Source: Lytechinus pictus
Lineage: Eukaryota
Direction: 5' to 3'
Assembly: GCF_037042905.1 (NCBI RefSeq)
Contig: NC_087251.1
Location: 22,260,001 to 22,324,000, forward strand
DNA: 64,000 nt
The position numbers and the translations under genes were made by a program. Numbering within the stretch: position 1 is the stretch's first letter; each line of letters begins with the position of its first letter. This document shows positions 38,632 through 50,597 of this stretch, piece after piece. The notes below the pieces were generated by a model. The model saw only the letters and a program-made list of their open reading frames with translations. It was not told the DNA's origin and did no database searches.

Positions 38632-39077
38632 TATAGTGTAGGTATGTGACAAAAAAAATGAAAATCATCAAATATGAATAAATTTGGGATCACTTGAAAG
38701 CTCTTAAAAAGACCTTTACAATGATACCAAGAACTTTAATTTTCATCAAGAAATTATAAAGTTATTCCAGTTTAAGTCGCGCATATTCATCCAAATTTGT
38801 GGTCATTGTCTTAATGTAAAGTCAATGCAGTACAGAACCGATTTTTGTGACCATTTTGTGACCATATTGAACCCAAGTCTTCAACAGGCTCTAACTTCTA
38901 TGTTTTTGAGCCCTATGAAGTAATTTAGGTATCAATGGAAAGGTGAGAAAAGGCTCAATTGATGTGTATCAATTCATCTTGTAATTTTTCTTATGTGTAA
39001 AATAATTTCTTCTAATCAATTCTAATTAATTATGCAAATAACACAAAATCACAATTACTCGCCTCTTTTTTTGCCAA

Positions 39078-39099
39078 ATTATTATTATTATTATTATTA

Positions 39100-39133
<34 letters not shown>

Positions 39134-39861
39134 TATTTGGCCATAAAAACATACAAAAATTGTACAATGTAATTACATAAATACAATTTGAAATTGAATA
39201 ATTAAATATAGATAAGGTAGAAATGAAAGAGAAGAAGAAAACAGTAAGAAAACGGTTTTTCCATGGGCCAGGGCTCGCAAAAGTAAAATTCAGTACTATT
39301 GCCCAGAGGCATGCGAGCCCTCATGGAAAAACCGTTGAGAGAATATTGCACATTCAATATATAAAAATGCACATTATTAAAATTCAAATACAACACATTG
39401 ACAAACATTATTTTAAAAAGTATGTACGTAACGCCAGGCAAGATACAGTAAAAGGAATAAAGACGGGTATTGGGAAGAATTTGAATACCCATGCCGGACT
39501 GATATGTGTGTAATGCTTAACATAACATAGCACAAAGATAACTTAGATTTGTGTGAGGTACTAGAGCCTGAAAAGCAACAATGAGATGAAATAAGGAGGA
39601 ATGCCCTAGACAACAGCAAGAGCATGCCTCCACATTCCTATTAATGACATGTGTACTCGCCAGGCTCCAGCACCTAATACATAACAATCATTGAGACAAC
39701 AAATAGTAAAATTACAGGAAACTCGCCTCCTTTGATGAAGAAAAAGAAGAGAAATTAAGAACTGCATAGTAATAATAATAATTCAAAAATATAGAAATGA
39801 TATTGAGATTTTTAGAATTTTATGTGCCCCCAACAGTTTTGCTAAAGAGGAATAAAAAAAT

Positions 39862-39899
<38 letters not shown>

Positions 39900-42113
39900 A
39901 CTGTACCAAATGGATATAACAGATCATACAGCCTGTACTACTTGAGCATTATTCTAAAATATTAATTGAAAAAAAAATTAATTATATACTAAATCCTTAC
40001 TGACAGATAATTGAATCAAATTACAATAAAGGAAACACACATGTTGGATGCACATCATAAAATGAAATATGCAAAGTACATGTAATTATTTAGGTAATAT
40101 GGCAAGCATATCAAATTACAGGAAAAGTGTAATGGCAAAAATTAATTCAGTATAACTGTTCTAGAGGTAATAAAGTTCCAACTAAATAGAGGAGAAGAGA
40201 GGGGGAAGAGATATATGCACTGTATAATACAGCAGACAAAAATAATTATTAAAGAAATGTCATTGTTGGAATCATAGCACGAATAATGAGGTGGTGAAAA
40301 GAAAGCAAAAATAAAAAAAAATGGAAAGAAAATGGAGTTATTTATGAGTTGGACAAGAGTGCTCCCTTTAAAGAAGAAAGAAATGAAGAGAGGGAAGTTG
40401 AAACAGCATTATCTCTTACACTTAGAGGAAGAGTGTCCCAAAGTCTTGGAAGGCGCCTAGAGGGTGAAAAGAAAAAAGACTGAGTTCTAGAGGGCAGATG
40501 ACGGAAAGAAAGTGTTTCAGGATGGCGGGGGTTGATATAGATATTTGTAGCTGTTCACAGTTACAAATTCCACGAAGACACTTAATTGCAAAGGAACATA
40601 GGAGATAATCTCGTCGGGAGGCAAGTGAAGACCAGTCGAGAAGTTTGAGCCTATCTTCGTAGGACATCTCACCACGACGCTGTTTTAGGGCAAGTCTAGT
40701 GGCTGTCCTCTGAACACGCTCAAGCTTATCCACCTGTTTTGAGGTTGTGGGATGCCATGCAGGCACACCATACTCTAAGATCGGTAATACTATTGACTTG
40801 TATAAGCAGAATATAGAGGATGCAGAAGCACCACGTGCCACCAGTCTTATGAATCCCAATAGACGATTAGCACGTGATACAACAGAGTCAATGTGGGTTT
40901 TCCAGGAGAGATCGGAAGAGAGGATCAGTCCCAGGTATCTAATGGAAGAATCAGAACTTAGAGCAGTATTGTTTAAGTAATAGGTAGGTGGGTTAACTCG
41001 TCTACTTCTTGTGATATGCATCACCTTTGTCTTTGAGGTATTAAAAGTCATTCCATTTCTTGCACACCAAGAATTCAAAGCAACAAGATCTGATTGGAGT
41101 TGATGTTCATCTGCAGATGAATAGATGTTCCTAAAAATAAGAACATCATCTGCAAACAGAACACAAGGAGATAGAGCATAATGGGAGATATCATTGACAA
41201 ACAAGTTAAAAAGTGTGGGGCCCAGGACACTCCCTTGGGGGACGCCGCTTGGGACATCAATCCAGTCCGACGAAGAGCCTAAAAACAAAACTTGCTGAGA
41301 TCTGTTGGAGAGAAAGGAGTGAATCCAGTTCCATAAACTACCCTGAATGTTAAATGATTTGGCAAGTTTATACAAAAGCTGTGTGTGTGGCATTCTGTCG
41401 AATGCCTTCGACATATCTAAGAAGACTGCATCAATCCTGGGTGCACGGGTTTTGTCCAAGGTACAACTCCACTGGTGATAAACATTTGTCAATTGTGTTA
41501 CACAGCTTTTACCAGAGACAAAACCATGCTGCCCAGGGTTGAGAAGTCCATTTGCATAAATATATTCCTGGATGTTCTTAACGATAAAACCCTCAAGGAG
41601 CTTACAAAGAACTGAGGTTAAAGCAACAGGACGATAGTTCGTGACAAGTGATTTGTCCCCACCCTTGAAAACGGGTGTAATATGTGCCCGTTTCCAGGAC
41701 AATGGAACTTTGCCACAACCTAAGGATGTATTGAAAAGAATAGAAATAGGAAGTGAAATTTCTTCTGCAACTTCAAGAAGTATACTGGGAAGAATGCCGT
41801 CAGGTCCAGGAGACTTATTTCTCTGCAGACGAAGAAGAGCCAAGTGAACCTGTGAAGAAGATACAGAGAAATGTGAAAGAACAGGAATGTGCAAATTACA
41901 AGTAGGGGGATCATCAGGTAGAGTACATTGCTGACTGAATACAGAACTAAAATAAGAACTGAAAGCATCTGCAATATCTCCAGGATTTGAAATATCTACA
42001 TCATTAAACCTAAACTTAGGAGGAGGAGGCGAGTTTTTGCGAGTTCTTATAAAAGCCCAAAACCTACGTCTATTGTCATCACAGGCAAACAATGTATTAA
42101 CATATGTTGATAG
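39078..42113 (-). mobile_element. 5'-truncated non-LTR retrotransposon (CR1/L2 group) with a 3'UTR of about 1.2 kb and (TAA)n tail
   Basis: RT ORF; AATAAA plus (TAA)n tail at 39078-39137; 3'UTR stem-loop at 39251-39336; no endonuclease domain or ORF1. Confidence 0.9.
40342..42110 (-). pseudogene. LINE ORF2 reverse-transcriptase region, N-truncated, frameshift near 40545
   Basis: KSPGPDG, NYRPVALTS, QHGF, FLDMSKAFD, SGVPQGSVLGP, LFADD and YLG motifs. The conserved C-terminus (RTQSFFFSPSRRLPRLWDTLPLSVR...SNS*) continues in another frame to TAA at 40342-40344. Confidence 0.92.
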
Positions 42114-44353
42114 ATTATGATAGATAATTCATATAATTTAGTTGGCATCAAAACAGCATCATGTAGATAATATCCTAAATGAATTTGTCTAAGTATTGTT
42201 TTTGTAATTTCTAATGTATTTCTTTGTTTTTCTGATATAAATTACAAGCTCTTTTTCAACTTAGTATTGTAATTTTGTATATATATATGTGATCGATCAT
42301 ACCGAAATGAGAGACAAGTCGCAAATCAAAATTCCTTGGAATTCGACACACAAATAAAAAAGTCAAAATTGTGAAGATTTTTTTTATTTTTATTTTCTGA
42401 TTCTTCCATGTTTCATAATTACTCTGTGAAAAAGATGAGTGAAATTGATGACGGGAATATGATAAAAAAGCAGTTTTTCTGCGAGTGTTTTTTTTTGGTC
42501 AATTCGAAAATTTCTGATACTTGGCACGTTCGACTTGATCGAATTTCGCTTCATACTAAGCTCCGCCCCTAGCAACGTATGCCATTGTTGATTGGCTATT
42601 CATTTAAAGTCGTGTACAGCTGGCGGCGGCCGCTCGCTCGATCGGTTCAATGATTCAGCTTCAAAAGAAAGATCAAAAGCATCGATTTCAATACGTATTC
42701 TGAAATTCAAAAGGGGGGCTTCTTGACAATAGTTAACAAACGGGATACAACTTCTAAAGGGTTATTTTTTGGTGATAGTAGTACCAGGCGGGGGTATTAG
42801 CGATAGATTGATACCGGATTTAGAGTATTAACCTGGCTATAATCGCGAAATAAAAGTCATGCAGAGACGCAAAGTATTCAGAACACGGTTTGTTTGCGAG
42901 GATTAATTTCATTAAACATAACATGGACATGTTGAAGATTATCTTCATCATTTGCAAGGGATCGGGATGTTTTCAAGAGAGAACATTTTCAAAAGAAAGG
43001 GTTTACAATCCTTAAAAATATTGTTTGTTCGTGAATGTGAGTTAATTGATCTGCAGTATCTTTAACAAAAGAAACAAAATTTATGTAGAAAGCTTGGTGG
43101 GCTTCATTATTTCCAATTATTTATAATCAAGACATTGTTGCCCTCAATTTTTATCATGTTTGAATGAACGATAGAGAAAGCGAAAGAAATAACTGTACAA
43201 ACAGAAAGTCTGAGACAGCTAACGTCGACCAATGAAAAATGGCCGAAACGACCATGGAGAAGGTTTAGTGCATTTTTTTGGATAAAGACATTGATTGAAA
43301 ATATCAGTCATTTAAAATACACATATTGAAATAAACATTTCATAAAAGTCATTGTCATGTTGTTCCATTCGACTGTGTCCAGATCTATTCTCTCTTTCCC
43401 TCTCTCTTATTCTTTTACCTACTTCTTTCGTCTTTCTTGTGTTTTATTTCTTCCTTTCTTCCTCTCGCCCCCTTTTCGTTCGCTCTTCTTATTCAGGTCA
43501 TTCGGTCTCCTCTCTCTAACCCCCTCCCCTATTCTATCTCATCCCCTTTCTCTTCTTTAATTCTTTCGTCCCTCTTAATCTGTTTTTCTTTCTTCCCTTT
43601 CGATCTTTTTTTTTCTCTGCCGATTCTTCCCCCTCCTTTCCTTCTTCTCTCTTGCCTTTTTTTTCACCCTCCACTTTTTGTTTTCAATTTTTCCCCTTTT
43701 CTTCATGTTTTCGTTTCTATTTACATAATTCTGTTTTTCGTTCTTCTCACCATTCGATCTTCTCTCTTTTTGCCGGTTTTCTTTCTTTTTTCCTTCTTTG
43801 TTTTCTCCCTCCCTCACCCACCGCCTTATTCCTCTTTTTTTCTTTCGTTCCTCTTTATATAATTATGTTTTCCTTCTTCCTCTCCCCTGCCCATTCCCAC
43901 CATCTTATTCCTCTCCCCCCTCCATTTCTTTTTCTTCTCCCCCGTCGATCTGCTCTCAATATTTTTTAACCTCATTTCTTCCCCCTTTTTTCCTTCTTAT
44001 TCCTCTCTCTTGCTCACCCCACCGTCGTATTCCTCATCCTTTTTCCTCTTATTTCTTTTGTTGTCCTGTATTATTCGTTCTTCTCCCCATTCGATCTTCT
44101 ATTTTTTTTTCACAGCCGTTCTTTCTTCTTTCTCTTTCCTGCCCACGCCCACCGTATTTTTCCTCCATTCTTCGTCTTATTTTTTAAAATCCTCTTTATA
44201 TGTTTGAGAGTGAACACATGCAAAAAAATATCGAACAGCTTTTATTGTTCTTTCTTTAATCATTCAATCTTACAAAGACATCATTGTTGCACAAGGCATT
44301 TGCAACAATCTTCTGATTCTTTATCTGTATTACTGCGTTAGAATATATATATA

Positions 44354-44541
44354 TTTTTTAAACAAGTGCACACCAAGCTACCAATAATGCCTATAGAATT
44401 TCCATTTATTTGAAAGCAGGATAAAATAGCATTGCACATTAAATGCCTTGCTCACAGGCATAGGTGCCGCGGCCGGGGATCGAACCCCAGACTTTTTATG
44501 TACTGTATAGCCAGGCGCCTTAGACCACTCGGCCACGGCAC
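44354..44541 (-). mobile_element. tRNA-derived SINE
   Basis: Pol III A box TGGCCGAGTGG, B box GGTTCGATCCCC, tRNA-unrelated body and A-rich tail. Confidence 0.8.
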
Positions 44542-44593
44542 AACCAAAATATTGTTTGTGCTTGATATCGATCCGAAAATCAGCATTCGTGGA

Positions 44594-44713
44594 GGTGTCG
44601 TGGCCGAGTGGTCCAAGGTGCCTGACTATACATAGGAAGCTCGGGGTTTATCCTGCATTCAAATAAGTGGAATGTTGTATGCATTCTTGGTAACAAGTGT
44701 TAGTTAAAAAAAA
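44594..44713 (+). mobile_element. tRNA-derived SINE, internally deleted
   Basis: Same A box and 3' body as the neighbouring copy; B-box region lost. Confidence 0.7.
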
Positions 44714-46759
44714 TCTTAACTCCCCTAATCTATCCTTTGTTGGAAATAATTGTGGCGGGATTTTACTCAGGGTACCTCGCTCTTTTTGTTGTAGAGTTAA
44801 GACGTTTATGCCAGGTTTTTTTTTCCGGAATCAGTTTTAGAATCACTATAACTTTTTTTTTCATTAATATATCTTTGCTTTTTTTTCATACTAATTTTGA
44901 ATCATTTCAATGCTGTAAATAATTATACCCCCCCCAAAAAAAAGATCGATAATAGACGATATTGAGCAAATTATTCACGTTTTTTGTTCTCACTGCCTCA
45001 ATCTAACATAAGCATTCATAAAACATGATCACACAAGCCTTTCGTATAAAGATAAGGTTCAAATTGAAATATTTTGAAGGCTTATCTTACCATTTTACAA
45101 CGGATAGTTCTTTTTATTAGAACATGCGGTTAAAGTTTAGGTCATAATGACTCGCTTGATAGATTACATGTGAGAGTAAACGCGATCGACATTCAAACAA
45201 CCGCATAGAGGCAATTTGCGGTATATGAAATTGTTATTATTATTTAATAAACAAGACGATGATACAATGAAAATCATTGGTATACTCCCTCCTCACTGGT
45301 TTTAAGTCCGACTTCTCCTTTTTCTCCCTGCCTTTTATTTCATTAAAAAGGGAGATCATGACAATTATTTCTTTCACGAATATAATTATAAAACCCCAGT
45401 ATAACTATGGAGCTATTACACTGATCTGTATAGAAGATCAGTGGATTGACATATCGAACCAGAACATTAACTTTGTTTCGTCTTGCAGTCGCGCGTGACC
45501 TGCAAGTTCACTATTGTTCCAAATGCAGCCTCCTCATTGGTCAATCGTTTCGCCTTCTTTGGCAAGCGGTTGCTAGGACATTTCGGTTAGCTCGGAGGTG
45601 GCAAAATAGATTTTTTCATGGAGCGGATTCAAAACGGAAGTCAAACTTCGAAGGCGTTTTTCTCTTGATATTTATTTTCAAAAGCCCAATTCCTCTTGCA
45701 TTCTAAGGCTAATATCTCCACTATTATTTACTCTTAAGGGTCGAGTGATATATCAAATTAAAGGTAAAGAAACTGAGAACAATAATCACTACAAAACTTG
45801 GATTTGAAAAATTCCGAGTTGTCTCTCATTTCGGTATGACGAGTCACATATGTGTATGTACGGGGTCCTTTTTTACATATAAAAAATTTCTTTTGTACTT
45901 TGTATGACCAAATAAAAATATGTGTGCTTTTTTCTGATGTATTTGATTGTTTCACCAATTCCTTATGTATTCTATTGTTTCAACAATTTGTTATACATGT
46001 ATAAAATGTAGCTTTTGATTTGAGAGAAAATGGACATGTGATTACATTTTTTTAGAAGGAATGAGCAGCTGAGTGTAAAATATGTATGTAGAATTGTATG
46101 CAATTTATTTCAAGTATCAAGAAGGACGAAAATTAAGTTTTGATATACATGTATTCTATCAGTTGTCAATTTCTTATATTTGTATACATACATTGTATTA
46201 CAAAGGCCCTGTTTGAGCTCTCTTTTTAAAGAAAAATAAATAAATTCAAATTATTAGTGGAAGCCAAAAGAAAAGGAAAAGAGTGGTCTATTTCTTTCAA
46301 AACAAAACCAAAAAACAACCAAGAAAAATATATAACAAAGCTCTAAACAACAACAAAACAGACATCAAAGCTCCAAACAAGTATAAAAACAAGAGAAACA
46401 AAAGCGACACAAAAACTTGTACCAATCCCATCCCCATTTTCCAATTCAAAACACAACCCCCACCTGCACCCCTAAAAAAAGAAAAGTGAATAAAAAAAAT
46501 AAATAGTACAATTAATAATAAAGAAAACATAAATACAGGACTTAGACCCATCTGGAAATGAAATATTCTTTCCTCTGAGTTTTCATGTATTTTCTTACAA
46601 GAGTGAAAAAAATTACAACAAAAAAATAAATAATAATAATAATAATACAAAACATTTATAGGGCGCTTAATACGGGCGTTTCTAAGCGCACTGTGTTCTG
46701 AATTTAACTTTACATGGGGGAAAAAAATATTAAATGGGCATATTAACACAACATCTAGT

Positions 46760-47150
46760 TCATGCATTTTAATTAAAAAATCAACATTTAAGATATGCTC
46801 CTTTCAAAAGCAAATCCAGTCTCCAAATAATGAAATATGACAAAAAAATGAAAAAATAAACAATACAATAATTTAAAAAAGAAACTTTAAAAAATATATA
46901 AAAAAAGAAACTAAAAAATAAACATAATTTTTGCATTTCAATTAAAAAGTCAACATTTATGATATTCCCCTTTCAAAAGCAAATCCAGTCTCAAAATAAT
47001 GAAACATGATTGAAAAGTTTCAAAATATATTTTTTTTCTACAAAAGAAAAAAAAGAAACACTATAGATTTTGCATTTTAATTTAATAAGTCAACATTAAT
47101 ATTCCACTTCCAAAAGAATCCAGTTTCCAAATGATAAAACATGATTGAAC
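46760..47150. repeat. Three degenerate tandem units (about 140-170 bp)
   Basis: gcattttaattaaaaa.tcaacattt...ttcaaaagcaaatccagtctc..aataatgaaa at about 46764, 46932 and 47071. Confidence 0.7.
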
Positions 47151-47867
47151 AATCAAAGTAAAACATGTTGACTCTATAACCTTAGGAAAGAATGTTTTTG
47201 TGACAAAATGTATATATTTAAATCAATATCAGAATAACAATCTACGGTATAATGACAGACATTTTCAGAAAAAGGCACAATATTATCAAGTAAACAATTT
47301 AGATCCAGTTCAATCCAGCATGAACGTCTCACTATCAACCGCTCCCTTCACCAAGCCCTCCGCATCGGGTACCGGTAGCTCGACTGCCGAAAGACCGACG
47401 GGAGCCCACCGCATCGGGCAGCTCGACTGCCGAGAGACCGGCTGTGACAAGGGTAGCTCGCTCCTCTTATATCTCGACTGCTCCACGAGAGAATCTTTTA
47501 ATTTTACTTTTTTTGTCGATTTGAATATATTCTATAACAATTCATATACATAATTGGATCATACTTTTACTTACCATAAAAAAATTTCTATCATTTGCGC
47601 ATCCAAAAATTTGATGAACTTTCAAGCTCCGATATCCACACTTTACAGGCGAGTATCCACATTGAAACTTATATGTACAGAAAGAGCACATTTTCAACTG
47701 TCTGTATAAAGGCACGAGATTGCATTAACTATGTGCGCATGCGCATGAAACCCTATTTTCGATGAGCCGCCCAGACAGAGACGATGCCACTTGCAGCTAA
47801 AACCCGTGCGAAAACCGTGCAGCCGAAACCAGCTCTAGCGATGCGCCCGTATTCGCACATACCTATA

Positions 47868-50597
47868 TAGTGACGTATTGTATTACCGGACACTATCATG
47901 ATTCCGGACGCTCATATTACTGTGTACGAAAACAAATTTCGTACCGTAAGACTTCCACAATTCAATTTCACAGAGCAATACATAGAACAGGATTGCTAAA
48001 ATAAGGCGAAAAAATCCAACCTTTACCTTATTTATCTCTAAAATGACAGAAAATGCTTAAAATATCAAATAACATAGTTTTGCATTAACAATTGATATAT
48101 TTTCTAACGGAAATATGGGTCTGATCTGCCGAATTTCAATCTCGTCCGCTCCTCCTTCGATCGAATGATGAGGTGTGGTGTATTGTGGGTGATCGTCGAC
48201 GGCTAGTTCTCAAGGTACCCGTGCGCGAGGTTTACCGTGAGTATAGAGCCGTCGACGATCGGCAGCGCATCGATAGAACTTGATGAGCGTCACGATACGA
48301 ACGAGCATAATACGGGGCATAATATTGGAAAGTTCCATGAAACATGTAGCTAACAAGAAAAAATAAAATAAGTTATCAAACACGAATTTATTACCAACAT
48401 CTGCTCAGAATCGATATAAAAACAGCAAACAAAAACTTAGAATTTACTCAAGATATGATATAAGAAGAAAAAAATCACACAAATTTGTTCTTACATCATT
48501 ATAACAAGGCTCGACATTAGCGGTGGCCCGGGGCCACCAGAAATTCACTTCGGGCAACCATTATTGAGAAAATGTTAAGTTTTGGTGGCCCGAATCGGGC
48601 AACCAATAATTTTCAAAGTAGCGCAATTTTTCTCCCGATTTTGCACGCATTTATCAACTTTCTACAGTTCAAATTGCAAGCCAGTTCGTCATGCGCCCTT
48701 TTTGTTGATCTACACACAAATACACACATACAAAGTTTGCATATTAGGCCTACAGCTATAGCATACAGTAGCTATTATCCAGCCAGCCGCGCCGGCCGGC
48801 TGGCGTGAGTTTGCATGAAGCCACTGCATACAGCTGTGCTTTAGATCTAGCTCAGCCTATTCAGACTCTGGGAGCTGCAATAAAAAATGTTGCTGCCAAG
48901 AAATCTTCCACAGAACTTTGAAAATCTAAGTCAAAGTCACATTTTACACCAATGAAATGACATTCTACAGTCTATATTACGAAAATTTGATGTACCCTGA
49001 TTATTTGCAAGCATTAAGAAGAGGAATTTATTTATGACCTCTCTTTTGACTACAAAAGACCGATTTCCAAATGAATTAATAGTACACATAAAAACACATA
49101 GGCAAGTCCATCACAGTCCCACATGTGCATTTGTATGTATGTTGATACTTGGTTTCTTTCGAAGCTGTGTCTTTTCTAGCCAAAAATGAACAGACAGTTT
49201 CTTTCTTTCTTGTTTATAAATGACTTCTTAAACCACTCTTGAGAAAGTAAATACTTTGGGAAGGCATTTCATTGATATGAAATGTGAATTTTTCCAACAT
49301 TTTGGCAAATATAGGGAAGGACTTTTCTCTCACACTTTTTCCAGATATAACTTTTGCCGTTTTCTTATTTTTTTTCTTTCATTTTTTTTTACAGTGGTTA
49401 AACCATTTATACCCCTTTCCCATTGAATATGCCTGATTAAAATATATGTGTCTACTGAATATTAAATAATACAAACTAAAGGATATAAAAATAGAAATGT
49501 GCCATTCCCAGATGGTAAGTGAAAATTATTTGTATGGCTTTTAATTATATTCCAGTCAGAATAGACTGTTGCCACAGCTGTTAAAAAATATTCATAATGG
49601 CTTCTTAATTTTGCCCTTTTCCCCATGTTTTTATCAATTTTGTTTTATTCATTTTTCTTTCATTTTCTTTTCTTTCTCTCTAATTTTTTTTTTCCCTGTT
49701 CTTTGTTTTTTCTTTCTTCATTTTCTTTCTTTTATTTTATTTCACTTATTTCTTTTATTATTTTTGTTTTCTTTCTGTAATATACTTTTTGAAAATTATT
49801 TTCATTTGTTTCCCCCTTTTATGCATTGTTCTAATTTTGCAGCATATTTTTTCTGTGATTTTCTCCTGCTATAATATGCTGCAAAAGAGAAAACAGAAAT
49901 AAACTGGATTTGGGGCCTGCATAATCTAGGTTTCAGGATTCAAAGAGGAAGAAATGAAAAACCATTGTTTTGTACATCTATCTGAGTTTGCTATGCACTA
50001 TTTATTTACTTTACCATTATGAGTGTGTGTCTATATGGAGATTAAAAAAAAGTCCACACAACCTGGGAACAATAAATTCATTTATTCTCTTTCAATCATT
50101 TCATTTTTACAACGATAGAAACAATTTATATTTCACCACAAACCAATTAGCAAAGTAAAATAACAGCAAACAAGGTTTACATACAAGATGATAAAGTGAA
50201 AGTAACTTAGTGGTAGTGGCTGCAGAATTAATATTTCAGAAGTTTGTTTTATTAATTTTTAATGTTTTTCTTGTTTGATGGTTTTGGTGGCCCGAACGGG
50301 CCACCACCAAAAAAAGTTAATGTGGAGCCTTGATTATAATCAAGAATATCTTTACCCGTCCGGCGCGCGTCCGGAATCATGATGTAATTTGTCACGCACG
50401 AAAATAACTGTTTTTCGTGGATGGGTATGCGACAAGTGCGATGCAAAGAAAATGGTTGGTAAATATAAAATAATTTTACCATATTCATAATTTTCATAAT
50501 ATTTGGAATAGCTAGTGCAATTTTTTCTTGATTGTATTTCCTCTAGTTGTCATTTTTAAAGGACTGAAATAAAGGTGTCCGGCAATAGGATACACTG
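47868..50597. mobile_element. Tc/pogo-like non-autonomous element
   Basis: Imperfect TIR (c/t)AGTG..TATT.CCGGACAC at both ends plus inverted subterminal atcatgattccggacgc. Confidence 0.55.
48505..50332. mobile_element. P/hAT-like non-autonomous element with 7-bp TSD
   Basis: TIR CAAGGCTCGACATTA/TAATGTGGAGCCTTG; ATTATAA at 48498-48504 and 50333-50339; ggtggcccg subterminal repeats. Confidence 0.8.

Noticed and set aside
44460..44541. tRNA gene (also 55865-55940)
   Set aside because: A and B boxes are present, but the copies are divergent and continue into a shared body and A-tail, so they are SINEs.
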